Source: Mobula hypostoma (Eukaryota). Taken from it: a stretch of 64,000 nucleotides of DNA. A program made the position numbers and the translations under genes. Below the pieces are notes generated by a model. It did no database searches. It saw only the letters and a list, made by a program, of their open reading frames with translations, and had not been told where the DNA came from. The stretch is taken from the NCBI RefSeq assembly GCF_963921235.1, contig NC_086097.1, positions 4,960,001-5,024,000 on the forward strand, read 5' to 3'. This document shows positions 32,901-45,200 of the stretch, one piece after another; the first letter of the stretch is position 1, and each line of letters begins with the position of its first letter.

Positions 32901-35482
32901 TCTCTCTCACTCCTTTTTTTAAAATGTGGGGTTACATTAGCCAGCCTCCAATCCTCAGGAATTAATCCAGAATCTAAAGAGTTTTGTAAAATTATCACTA
33001 ATGCATCCACTATTTCTTGGGTTACTTCCTTAAGCACTCTGAAATGCAGACCATCTGGCCCTGGGGATTTATCTGCCTTTAATCCCTTCAATTTACCTAA
33101 CACCATTTCCCTACTAACATGTATTTCCCTCAGTTCCTCCATCTCACTAGACCCTCGGTCTCCTACTATTTCCGGAAGATTAATTATGTCCTCCTTAGTG
33201 AAGACAGAACCAAAGTAGTTATTCAATTGGTCTGCCATGTCCTTGTTCCCCATGATCAATTCACCTGTTTCTGACTGTAAGGGACCTACATTTGTCTTAA
33301 CCAATCTTTTTCTTTTCACACATCTATAAAAGCTTTTAGTCAGTTTTTATGTTCCCTGCCAGTTTTCTCTCATAATCTGTTTTCCCTTTCCTGCTGGACT
33401 CTGAATTTCTCCCAGTCCTCAGGTGTGCCGCTTTTTCTGGCTAATTTGTATGTTTCTTCTTTGGAATTGATACTATCCCTAATTTCCCTTGTCAGCCATG
33501 GGTACACTACCTTCCCTGGTTTATTCTTTTGCCAAACTGGGATGAACAATTGTTGTAGTTCATCCATGCGATCTTTAAATGCTTGCCATTGCATATCCAC
33601 CATCAATCCTTTAAGTATCATTTAAGTAAATAGTTTTACCCTAGCAAGGGGCACGAGACAGCATTATTCATGGTCACCGCTACTCTTCGCATTTTATCTG
33701 GAACCATTTGCTCAATACATCAGACAAAATGAAGACATCAAGGGAATTACTATTAAAGGGACAGAACGCATATTGGCCTGTTACGTGGATGACATTTTGA
33801 TCTATCTAGAGCTACCAACATACTCTTTAGCTAAATTGTTGCAATCGTTTGAACAATATGGTCAATTATCAGGATACAAGATCAACATAGATAAAACCCA
33901 ATTACTTTCATATAACTGTAGCCCACCAAGAGAAATTGAAAGTAGATATCCCTGGGCATAGCGAAAAGGGTCTTTCAAATATTTGGGCATCATTATGCCA
34001 AAAGATTTGTCAAAATTATCAGAATGCAATTATCAGCCTATATATAAAAAAATTAAGGAAGCTCTAACAAGATGGAACCTAAATCCTTTTTTTAGTCTCA
34101 GTTCAAGCACTGAATCTATTAAAATGAATATATCGCCCAGACTATTATACCTCGTTCAGACCCAACCAATAGAGAATAATCAGAATCAATTCAATGAATG
34201 GAACAAGATGCTATCAAGATATATATGGCAAGGTAAAAGGCCTAGAGTTCGTCTCAAAACTTTGCAATTAGCCAAGGAAAAGGGGGGATGGGGCCTACCT
34301 TCTCTTAGAGATTACTATTTTGCAGCACAGTTGAGAGCTGTGATATGCTGGTGCAACCCATCGTATGACGCTCAATGGAAAAACATTGAGGAGAGGGTAC
34401 TTCCCATCCCATACGGGCAATTTTGGCTGATAACAACCTACAAAGGTGCATAAATACTATTGATAATACATGGGTGAAATGGACTCTTAAAATATGGAAA
34501 TCTATTCTAAAAGAATATAAACTAGAGGGAGATATTGCATTTCTTAAATGGTGTACATATGACGCAGATTTTACACCAAATAAACTGGATGCTAGATTTA
34601 AGGACTGGACAGCTAAAGAAATAACAGCTATTTGCAATATAATGAAAGAAGGAACACTGTTCAGTTTTGAAATGCTTAAAGAGAAACACATTAGAAAAAC
34701 AAGACTTTTATCGGTATCTACAGATGCGACAGTATGTTAATAGGACAGTTAAAAATGTAACCAAGGCAAGTGCATGTCTGATAGAGCGATTTAGAAAAGC
34801 ATACAATTCAGATAACGGTAGTAGAATCATTTCAAATATGTATAAGCGTTTGTCAAATCTTAAAACATATTCAACTTCAGACATTAAAACAAAATGGGAG
34901 AAGGAAGGAGGGATAATAATATCTGAGGAAGACTGGACAATAATATGGAGGTATCAATGGAAGTGTACCAGTTCACAGAAATGGAGGGAGTTCAGGTGAA
35001 AAACCTTGATAAGATATTTTATTACACCCTCTCAGAAATCCCATTATGATAGTAACCTCCCTGTTTGCTGGAGAAATTGTGGAAATCAAAATACAAACTA
35101 TTATCATATTTTCTGGGAAAGCCCCGTTATCAAAGACTATTGGAGTGGGATACACAATGCCCTACAAGATATTTTAAAATGTGAAATACCCTTAGAAAGT
35201 AAGACAATACACTTTGGGTATATACCTCAAGAATAGTTGAAAAGAGATAAATATTTAATGAATATACTGCTGGTGGTTGGTAAAAAGACTCTTAACAGGA
35301 AATGGTTATCACAGGAGAGCCCAACTTTAAATGCACAGATGGAAATTACAATGGACATTTACAAAATGGAGAAGATAACAGCATCTGTTAATCATAAGTT
35401 GGAACAATTTGATTCATACTGGGAAAAATGGTTCAACTACATAACACCTCATAGGCCTGATTTTATTCTCAAAAATCAATGA
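29915..35482 (+). pseudogene. L1 ORF2 remnant (APE-RT-CCHC); internal deletion near 30885, CR1 insertion
   Basis: ISFNVNGL..QETHL; NIYAP; SDHAP; KSPGSDG; FRPISVLNVDY; KAF-like; YVDDIL; CWRNC....YYHIFW. Confidence 0.9.
31491..33627 (-). mobile_element. Young 5'-truncated CR1 inside L1 ORF2
   Basis: ORFs 33621-33370, 33319-32885, 32910-31849 and 31843-31580. L1 INGYLSN resumes at 33628 (SFTLARGTRQ). Confidence 0.95.
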
Positions 35483-35570
35483 ATATGTTGTTAAAAAAAG
35501 ACCACTCCCTACTTGTACATAGTTTTCTCCTTTTGCTTCTTCTTTCTTTCCTCTCTTTTCTATATGCGTA

Positions 35571-37124
35571 TCGAGGTATCCCTCACTTTTCGAACGTTCG
35601 CTTTATGAAACCTCACTGTTACAAAAGACCGACATTAGTACCCTCTTTTCGCTTTCAGAAGGTGTTTTCACTGTTACGAAGAAAGGCAGCATGCGAAAAA
35701 ATCAGTGCGTGATAAAAGGCAGCGCGCGTCCCGAGCAGCCGCTCTCCCCCCGATTCCGAATGGCATTGCTTAAACATGTGCCTGTGAGCAGCCGTTAGCA
35801 AGATGAGTTCTATGCTATCGAAAAAGCCTAAAAGAGCTCATAAGGGCGTTACACTTAGCGTAAAACTAGACATAATTAAGCGTTTCGATTGTGGTGAACA
35901 AAGTAAGGACAAAGTGATCTTGGCTGTTGGAAGCTGACGAAGATGATGTTGAAGAGGTTTTGGCATCCCATGACCAAGAACTGATAGATGAAGAGCTGAT
36001 GCAGTTGGAAGAGGAAAGGATAACAATCGAAACCGAATGCAGTAGCGAACTGAACGTGATAAAGTACGACTTTAATTTTGAAAGGGTACGTAGGTTTAGG
36101 GGATATTTGCAGGATGGTTTGCATCCTTACAAACAACTGTATGATAGAAAAATGCGCGAGGCTCAGCAGTCAAGCAAGCCTTCCACATCAGCCACAGCAA
36201 ATGACGAACCTTGATCTTTGACATCGAGGCGGGCAGTCATCAGAGAAGATGAGCTGCCTGCCCTGATCGACGATGAGATGACACCCCCGTGTCCCACCAT
36301 CCCAACACCCGGGCCCCGGACAGAGTCTGTACTGATTCGCTGAGAATGCAATGGTAGCTAGGAGGCTCACAGTACATCTTTAAGAAAAAAATCGAAATAA
36401 CAAGCTAATTAATTAGGTGCCGCCGACACGTAATTTTCGGCCCAGATCAGTGCCGATTTACGATTGCATCGCCTCTGATCTGGGCCAACAATTGCATGTC
36501 GGCAGCACCTAATTAATTAGCATGTTTATTTTGGCTTTTTTCTTAAAGATGTGCTGTGTGCCTCCCGGCTACTGCTGCGTTCTTCGCGGCAATGTATCGG
36601 GTCGGCGGCCTGGAGGGTGGGGGGCCACTGCACCACCCAGCCTGCGACGACCCAGTCTAACACACCATCATCAGTGTGCTCGGCAAGCTGTCTTCCCGAT
36701 TCCGGTAAGTGATACTACACTGTACATACATTATTTCTACTTTATATAGGCTGTGTATTTTTACATGTTATTTGGTAGATTTGGCAGCCTCATAGCTTAA
36801 AGGTTACTGGAGAGCGCATTTATGCCAACAGCGCTTGCGTGAGATATTCGCTATAGAGATCTGTGCAGGCAATCGTTGCAGAGAAGTATTTCTACTATAT
36901 ATAGGGTGTGTATTTATCATATCATTCCTGCTTTTACTATATGTTACTGTTATTTTAGGTTTTATGTGTTACTTGGCATGATTTGGTAGGTTATTTTTGG
37001 GTCTGCGAATGCTCACAAAATTTTCCTATATAAATAAATGGTAATTGCTTCTTCACTTTACGACATTTCGGCTTACGAACCATTTCATAGGAACGCTCTA
37101 CCTTCGGATGGCGGGGGCAACCTG
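35571..37124 (+). mobile_element. Internally deleted Tigger/pogo DNA transposon in the L1 3' UTR
   Basis: TA on both flanks; imperfect TIRs; CENP-B-type HTH start MSSMLSKKPKRAHKGVTLSVKLDIIKRFDCGE (35803) fused to the acidic C-terminus DVEEVLASHDQELIDEELMQLEEER; no DDE domain. Confidence 0.85.
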
Positions 37125-37931
37125 TACCTCAGATAAATATTATGGGAGATTTGTGGCAAATAGGATTATATGATATATATGTACAATATCTGAAATACGT
37201 CTTATGGAAATGTTTTTTGATGATGAACTTCAATAAAAAATAAATTTCACAAAAAAAGAAAGTCCATGCCAAAAGGGCAATGTTACAATCGTAATGAGGG
37301 GCTTCAATATGCAAGCAAATTGGGGAAATTCCTGTGCTGGAATGCAGGAGAGGGAATTTCTAGAGTGCCTACAAGTTGGCTTTTTAGAGCACCTTGTGGT
37401 TGAGCCCACTAGAGGATCAACTATTCTGGACTGGGTGTTGTGCAATGAACCAGAATTGATTAGAGAGCTTAAGGTAAAAGAACCCTTGGGGCAACTAATC
37501 ATAATATGATTGAATTCACCCTAAAATTCGAGAAGGAGAAGCTGAAGTCAGATGTATCAGTATTACAGTGGAGTAAAGGGAATTACAGATCCATAATGGA
37601 GCAGTTGGTCAGAATTGATTTGAAAAGAACACTGGCAGGGATGACGGCAGAGCAGCAATGGCTGGAGTTTCTGGAAGTAATTTGGCAGGCACAGGATACA
37701 TACGTCCAAAATTCCTTAGAGAGGACACTGAAACTGATCTCTGAATTCTGACATTTGAGTTGTAATTGCGTGACACTGACTGCGATCCTACTATGGTGCC
37801 CAATTGACGCTGACTTAACCTAATTGATCTTGGTAAACAACAGGAATTCTGCAGATGCTGGAAATTCAAGCAACACACATCAAAATTGCTGGTGAACGCA
37901 GCAGGCCAGGCAGCATCTCTAGGAAGAGGTA

Positions 37932-37969
37932 CAGTCGACATTTCAGGCCGAGACCCTTCGTCAGGACTA
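37932..37969 (-). ncRNA. Hammerhead ribozyme motif (GAAAUGUC variant)
   Basis: As 13742, with one CpG-type change. Confidence 0.65.
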
Positions 37970-39720
37970 ACTGAAGGAAGAGTGAGTAAGGGATTTGAAA
38001 GTTGAAGGGGGGGGAAGATCCAAAATGATAGGAGAAGACAGGAGGGGGAGGGATGGAGCCAAGAGCTGGACAGGTGATAGACAAAAGGGATATGAGAGGA
38101 TCATGGGACAGGAGGTCCGGGAAGAAAGACAAGAGGGGGGGGACCCAGAGGATGGGCAAGGGGTATATTCAGAGGGACAGAGGGAGAAAAAGGAGAGTGA
38201 GAGAGAGAATGTGTGTATAAAAATAAGTAACAGATGGGGTACGAAGGGGGAGGTGGGGCATTAGTGGAAGTTAGAGAAGTCGATGTTCATGCCATCAGGT
38301 TGGAGGCTACCCAGACGGAATATAAGGTGTTGTTCCTCCAACCTGAGTGTGGCTTCATCTTTACAGTAGAGGAGGCCGTGGATAGACATGTCAGAATGGG
38401 AATGGGATGTGGAATTGAAATGTGTGGCCACTGGGAGATCCTGCTTTCTCAGGCGGACAAATGGGATGTGGAATTAAAATGTGTGGCCCTTCTAGATCTT
38501 TCTGTCTCTGTCTCTGGAGACAGCTAATCCACTGATGTCTACTATAAGCCTACTGACTCTCACAGCTATCTGGACTATTCCTCTTCTCACCCTGTCTCTT
38601 GCAAAAAGGCCATCCCCTTCTTGCAATTCCTCCGTCTCCGCCGCATCTGCTCTCAGGATGAGGCTTTTCATTCTATGACAAGGGAGATGTCTTCCTTTTT
38701 TAAAGAAAGGGGCTTCCCTTCCTCCACTATCAACTCTGCTCTTAAACGCATCTCCCCCATTTCACGTACATCTGCTCTCACTCCATCCTCTCGACACCCC
38801 ACTAGGAATAGGGTTCCCCTGGTCCTCACCTACCACCCCACCAGCCTCCAGGTCCAACATATTATTCTCCGTAACTTCTGCCACCTCCAAAGGGATCCCA
38901 CAACTAAGCACATCTTTCCCTCCCCGCCCCCTCTGCATTCCGCAGGGATCGCTCCCTACGCGACTCCCTTGTCTATTCGTGTCCCCCCCATCCCTCCCCA
39001 CTGATCTCCCTCCTGGCACTTATCCGTGTAAGCGGAACAAGTGCTACACATGCCCTTACACTTCCTCCCTTACCACCATTCAGGGCCCCAAACAGTCCTT
39101 CCAGGTGAGGCAACACTTCACCTGTGAGTCGGCTGGGGTGATATACTGCGTCCGGTGCTCCCGATGTGGCCTTTTATATATTGGCGAGTCCGGAAGCAGA
39201 CTGGGAGACCGCTTTGCTGAACACCTACGCTCTGTCCGCCAGAGAAAGCAGGATCTCCCAGTGGTCACATATTTTAATTCCACATCCCATTCCCATTCTG
39301 ACAAGTCTATCCACAGCCTCCTCTACTGTAAAGATGAAGCCACACTCAGGTTGGAGGAACAACACCTTGTATTCCGTCTGGATAGCCTCCAACCCGATGG
39401 CATGAACATCGACTTCTCTAACTTCCGCTAAGGCCCCACCTCCCCTTCGTACCCCATCTGTTACTTATTTTTATGCACACATTCTTTCTCTCACTCTCCT
39501 TTTTCTCCCTCTGTCCCTCTGAATATACCTCTTGCCCATCCTCTGGGTCCCCCCCCTTGTCTTTCTTCCCGGACCTCCTGTCCCATGAACCTCTCGTATC
39601 CCCTTTTGCCTATCACCTGTCCAGCTCTTGGCTCCATCCCTCCCCCTCCTGTCTTCTCCTATCATTTTGGATCTCCCCCTCCCCCTCCAACTTTCAAATC
39701 CCTTACTCACTCTTTTCAGT

Positions 39721-39758
39721 TAGTCCTGACGAAGGGTCTCGGCCTGAAACGTTGACTG
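39721..39758 (+). ncRNA. Hammerhead ribozyme motif (GUU triplet variant)
   Basis: tagtc-ctgacga-agggtctcggcct-gaaac-gtt-gactg. Confidence 0.7.
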
Positions 39759-39824
39759 TACCTCTTCCTAGAGATGCTGCCTGGCCTGCTGCGTTCACCA
39801 GCAACTTTTATGTGATCTTGGTAA

Positions 39825-40140
39825 CCTTAGTCTTGGGTAGCGGGTGGAAATACGTCTCTACTAAAGGAAATGTAAGGCACTCGTTCCTTCCACTAGCCTG
39901 CAGGTCATCCTTGGGTATTGTGCAGCACCCACTGAGCCCACAGATCAGGGTCACGTGAGGCCATGGAAGCAGGTGGTGGATGGTCGTATGAGCAACTGGA
40001 GCATATCACAAGTCCTGGGTATGCGACTACTGACTGTAGGCAAACAAAGTATTAATAATGGCTGGGGTCACCTGTCTTGTAAAGGCACTGCCCAGAAGAA
40101 GGCAATGGCAAACCACTTCTGTAAAAAAAAAATTGCAAAA
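39825..40140 (+). mobile_element. RTE-related non-autonomous element, second copy
   Basis: Collinear with 16560-16880. Confidence 0.6.
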
Positions 40141-40517
40141 TTATTTCCAGGCTTTCTGCATGACCCTGATGTCTGCTCAAAGTTCATTATGTTGCTCCTC
40201 AGTTCTGAGTGACCAAGTGCATGTATTCCCAGGATCTGTGTGACTGTTGTATTTTTTCCAGGATGCTTCTTCCCAAACAAGGATTGTTTTTTTTTCTCAT
40301 CCTGGTGTACAGTAGAATTTGCCCCTATTTGTGACATTCAGAAGGAGTATTGTAGACAAAGCTTTGCTGAGGATCCCTACCTGCCATAACCCTCTACTGT
40401 CAGGAAGGATGTACAGGAGCATCAGGACCAGCACTGTCAGATCAGGTAACAGCTTCTTCCCCCAGGCTGTGAGACCAATGTTTACCCTGCCACCACCGAG
40501 GTCTTGGCAACAGACTC

Positions 40518-40534
40518 AAACACACATACACATT

Positions 40535-40567
<33 letters not shown>

Positions 40568-40671
40568 TCATACACGCACACACACTCAAACACACATACA
40601 TACACACACATACACATTCATACACACACACACACACACATTCATACATACACACATACATACACATTCAC
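40518..40671. repeat. Compound (CA)n/(CATA)n microsatellite
   Basis: Direct reading. Confidence 0.95.
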
Positions 40672-40969
40672 CGTGTCATTACCAATTCACCTTGATCCCT
40701 TCCCTTTATATGCTAAATGCCCCGGTCCCTGGTCCCTGAACCTCTTCATTTTGTGTGTCAATATTGCAACCTTTAACCTTGATATCTTCATCCCTAACTC
40801 TGCTTTCCATTTTTGCACACATCTACCAACACCCTACATTCCTAGCCATGTTCTGGCCCAAATTCCTAGATGAACACTGGAACACATTCCCATCTCTCTG
40901 CAGCTACACACCCAGTCCATTGCCTTGTGATATGCCTCGGACTGTAATCGAGACTGGCCAATATGCACA

Positions 40970-41780
40970 GACCTTGGACTTTCTGACTAACAGACGCCAA
41001 TCAGTTAAGTTAGACAACCTCTCCTCCTCCACTCTCACCCTGAACACCGGCGTGCCTCAAGGCTGTGTGCTGAGCCCTCTTCTGTATTCCCTTTTCACCT
41101 ATGACTGCGTTCCTGTACATGATTCTAACTCCATAATCAAGTTTGCAGATGACACCACGGTGGCTGGCCTGATCAACGGGGATGACGAGACAGCCTACAG
41201 GGACGAGGTCCAGCACCTGGCCGCGTGGTATGCCGACAACAACCTGGCCCTTAACCCAGAAGACCAAGGAGATCATTGTGGACTACAGGCATGCTAGGAG
41301 CCACACTCATGTCCCCATCTACATCAACGGACCTGTAGTGGAGTGTGTATCAAGCTTCAAATTCCTTGGTGTCTACATTTCCGAGGATTTTACCTGGTTC
41401 CTCAACTCCTCCATCCTGATCAAAAAGGTGCAACAGCACCTTTATTTCCTGCGGAGCATCAAGAAAGCTCACCTCTGTCCCAGGATACTGACGGACTTTT
41501 ATCGCTGTACCATTGACAGCATACTCACCAACTGCATCTCAGTGTGGTATGGCAATTGTCCTGTATCGGACCGCACTCCAGCATGTGGTGAAAACTGCCC
41601 AGTGGATTATTGGCACCCAATTGCCCACCATTGAGAATATCTACCATAAATGCTGCCTGGGCAGGGCGAAACACATTATGAAGGATGCATCTCACCCTAA
41701 CCATGGACTTTTTACTCTCCTCCCATCTGGTAGGTGCTACAGGAGCATCCGCTCCCGCACCAGCAGGCACAGAAAGAGCT
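40970..41780 (+). mobile_element. Rex1/Babar LINE RT portion
   Basis: TGVPQGCVLSPLLYSLFTYDC..KFADDTT..; cut off at 41780 by a PLE. Confidence 0.9.
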
Positions 41781-42808
41781 TAAACACAAGGAATTCTGCA
41801 GATGCTGGAAGTTCAAGCAACACACATCAAAGTTGCTGGTGAACACAGCAGGCCAGGCAGCATCTCCAGGAAGAGGTACAGTTGATGTTTCGGGCCGAGA
41901 CCCTTCGTCAGGACTAACTGAAAGAAGAGCTAGTAAGAGATTTGAAAGTGGGAGGGGGAGGGGGAGATCCAAAATGATAGGAGAAGACAGGAGGGGGAGG
42001 GATGGAGCCAAGAGCTGGACAGGTGATTGGCAAAAGGGGATACGAGAGGATCATGGGACAGGAGGCCCAGGGAGAAGGAAAAGGGGGAGGGGGGAAAAAC
42101 CCAGAGGATGGGCAAGGAGTATAGTCAGAGGGACAGAGGGAGAAAAAGGAGAGAGAGAGAGAAAGAATGTGTGTATATAAATAAATAACGGATGGGGTAC
42201 GAAGGGGAGGTGGGGCATTAGTGGAAGTTAGAGAAGCCAATGTTCATGTCATCAGGTTGGAGCCTACCCAGACAGAATATAAGGTGTTGTTCCTCCAACC
42301 TGAGTGTGGTTTCATCTTTACAATAGAGGAGGCCATGGATAGACATATCAGAATGGGAATGGGATGTGGAATTAAAATGTGTGGCCACTGGGAGATCCTG
42401 CTCTCTCTGGCGGACAGAGCATAGATGTTCAGCAAAGCGGTCTCCCAGTCTGCGTCGGGTCTCACCAATATATAGAAGGCCACATCGGGAGCACCGGATG
42501 CAGTATATCACCCCAGCCGACTCACAGGTGAAGTATCGCCTCACCTGGAAGGACTGTCTGGGGCCCTGAATGGTGGTGAGGGAGGAAGTGTAAGGGCATG
42601 TGTAGCACTTGTTCCACTTACAAGGATAAGTTCCAGGAGGGAGATGGATGGGAAGGGATGCGGGGGTACGAATGGACAAGGGAGTCGCGTAGGGAGCGAT
42701 CCTTGCGGAAAGCAGAGAGGGCGGGGAGGGAAACATGTGCCTTCACTAAGCCTTCTATATATTGGCGAGACCTGATGCAGACTAGGATCATGGGACAGGA
42801 GGACCAGA
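41781..42808 (-). mobile_element. 5'-truncated PLE with scrambled 5' junction
   Basis: ORF 42736-42218 GIY-YIG; decayed hammerhead at 41879-41916. Confidence 0.9.
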
Positions 42809-42809
42809 G

Positions 42810-43513
42810 GTTCTACGTATCGTGACTTCAAAACATTAAACTAATTCAAAGGAAGATGTGGGAGTCTGAAATGCAGGTTGTACTTCGTGTTTACTTTAAG
42901 TGATTGTGGAGGAAAAGGGTTAATAAGCTACGTGACTAGGGTCAAGGAGACTGCAAAAACCCTTGTGTGCAAATGGAAGAACATCATGTGCTAACTCTTG
43001 TGAGATAAGGTATGAGTCTAATCTGCTGCGACCACAGAAACAGACACTAACGTGCTGAGCTCTGCAGGACAGTTTAACTTGTAACTGCTCCTTTCACTCT
43101 AAATATTTTTAGTGAATGGTAACATATTGTTATAGTGTGGTAATATTTCTACACAATGATTGGATATATTATAATAAGTCTGCTGTTATTATTCTGAACT
43201 GTATAAAAGGATGCCATTGTACCAGGAGAGCAGAGTCCAGTGCTGGAGGAGACCAGCCCTTTCTCTCCTTGGTACCATGTAAAATAAGGGTCCTGAAACG
43301 AGACTACGGAGGCGAGTATTCTTTTCACCTGACTAAAGTCAAACTTCCACAACAGTGATGCGTGCATGTATCATGTAGAAGCGTGATGACAAATGCATTT
43401 CATGTATTTATACAGATAACCTGTAAGAGATTACTTAACCAATGAAGAATGCTTAATCAAACAATATGTATCCAGGATTACTCAAATGTTACTGAAATAT
43501 TAAATACACAACA
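42810..43513. mobile_element. Probable solo LTR with a second LTR nested at 42904-43354
   Basis: Outer element ends ...acacaaca. Inner element ttgtggagg...cttccacaaca is flanked by gtga on both sides and has TATAAAAG at 43203. Confidence 0.5.
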
Positions 43514-43717
43514 AGGGGCACTGCCTCTAAACAATTAGGAACTGGTAAATTTTTTGGAACCCATCATTCTGGAGAGCTGCAGCTCAGTTCATTCAAAATA
43601 CAGATCAATAGATTTCTGAATATTAAGGAAATCAATTCATATGGGAATAGTGTGGAAAATTGAATTGGATGGGTTTATTATTGTCGCAGGATACAGTGAA
43701 AGGCCTTTGTTTTGTGT

Positions 43718-44055
43718 AGCAAAATACTGGGGGAATTCAGTAGGTCAGTCAACATTTATGGAAATGAATAAACAGTCGATATTTCTGCTGCGACCCTTCA
43801 TCATAGTTCTAAATTGTAAAGATCCTGGCTTCACACACAAGATGCTGGGGGAACTCAGCAGGTCAGGCAGCATCTATGGAAATGAATAAACAGTCAACGT
43901 TTTGGGCTGAGACCCTTCTTCATAACTGCAAAGGAAGTGGGAAAGACGCCCAAGTAAAATGGTGGGCGGACGGGAAGGAAGATAGCTGGAAGGTGATCGG
44001 TGAAACCAGAAGGATGGAAAAGTTAAAGGGCTGGAGAGGAAGGAATCTAATCATC
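43718..44055 (-). mobile_element. Two tandem old PLE 3'-terminal units
   Basis: aaatactggggg aattcag..ggtcag..atggaaatgaataaacagtc..tt..gacccttc repeated at ~43720 and ~43835. Confidence 0.65.
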
Positions 44056-44409
44056 ACAGCATGGGCTCGGCTGAGCAACAGATTCGGCAATTGTGCTTGT
44101 AAATATGCACATGTCAATGAATTATTATTTCATGATGGCAGTATTTAACTCCCTTCTTTTCGTTGTAACATTTTCCGAGACTTGAGCGCAACAAGGCAAT
44201 GTTATGCTGCCTACTTGAATTTGGTCTTGCTTGAGAAAGTGGACTGCCAAATGGACTGATGCTGAAGATTAGCGATATCTGTTTTATCTTTAGATATTCC
44301 TTTCAGCTGTGGTGTTGACATCTAGTTTTCTGTTTGAGAGTTTTACTTCCTCATTCTCCCCCTCGGCCCCAATCCTGCAGATACACAGATGAGTCTCCTC
44401 ATAGAGAGA

Positions 44410-45121
44410 GTATTTAAAAATCTGAGGTGCAAAGGGTTTTGAGAGTTCTTGTGCAGGACTCCTAAAGGTTAACTTGCAGGTTGAGTCCGTGGTGAGGAAA
44501 GCAGATGCCATGTAAACATTCATTCTGAGAGGACCAGAATATAAAAGCAAGGATGTAATGCTGAGGTTTTATAAAGCACTGGTGAGGCCTCACTTGGAGT
44601 ATTGTGTGCAGGCTTGGGCCCTTGTCTTAAAAAGAACGTGTTGACAAAGGAGTTTCATGAAAATGATTCCTAGATTGAAAGGTTCTCCCGGATATGAGGA
44701 GCATTTGATGCCTCTGGGTTTTTACTCACTGGAATTCAGAAGAATGAGAGGTGAACTCAGTGAAACCTATCGAAAGTTGAAAGGCCTCAAGAAAGGAGAG
44801 AATATTTCCGATGGTGAGGGAGTCAGAGGACACAGCTTCAGGATAGAGGGACGTGCTTTTAGAACGGGAAATGAGGAGGAATTTCTTTAGCTAAAGAGTG
44901 GTGCATCCATGGAATTCATTGCTTTAGGTGACTGTGGAGGTCAAATCATTGGGTATATTTAAGGCAAAGGGTAACAGATTCTTGATTAGTCAGGTCATCA
45001 CGGGATACGGGGAGAAGGCAGGAGATCGGGGCTGAGAGGGGAATGGATCAACCATGATGAAATGATGGAGCTGATCCGCTGGGTCAAATGGCCTAATTCT
45101 GCTCCTGTATTTTATGGTCTT
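44410..45121 (+). mobile_element. Old CR1 3' portion
   Basis: LVRPHLEYCVQ, YSLEFRRMRG remnants and tail. Confidence 0.85.
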
Positions 45122-45157
45122 ACAAACACAAGAACTCAGCAGGAACAACACACAATT

Positions 45158-45200
45158 GTGCACTGATGATGTCACCTCGACTGGTGATGAAACATTTGTG
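45158..45200 (+). ncRNA. Second-type hammerhead-like motif (decayed)
   Basis: gtgca-CUGAUGA-u-GUCACC-ucgacu-GGUGAU-GAAAC-auu-ugug. Confidence 0.55.

Larger units (their letters stand above)
27788..37256 (+). mobile_element. End-to-end L1 (5' UTR, ORF1, ORF2, 3' UTR, A tail), decayed, with three nested insertions
   Basis: TSD agaaaatccatgccaa (27772-27787) / agaaagtccatgccaa (37257-37272); AATAAA at 37232. Confidence 0.92.
27235..37710 (+). mobile_element. CR1 endonuclease region (27235-27787 and 37257-37710) split by a full-length L1
   Basis: ORF 27392-27799 ...LQQEIENPCQ resumes at 37273 KGNVTIVMRGFN..EPTRGSTILDWV. Confidence 0.88.
37837..39812. mobile_element. Fold-back PLE insertion (minus 3' end 37837-38488, plus RT-thumb/GIY-YIG/3' end 38487-39812) with 12-bp TSD
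   Basis: TSD tgatcttggtaa at 37825-37836 and 39813-39824; ORFs 38621-39004 and 38979-39431. Confidence 0.92.

Noticed and set aside
40319..40873. His/Thr-rich 184-aa ORF
   Set aside because: Translation of a (CA)n microsatellite plus Rex1 remnants.
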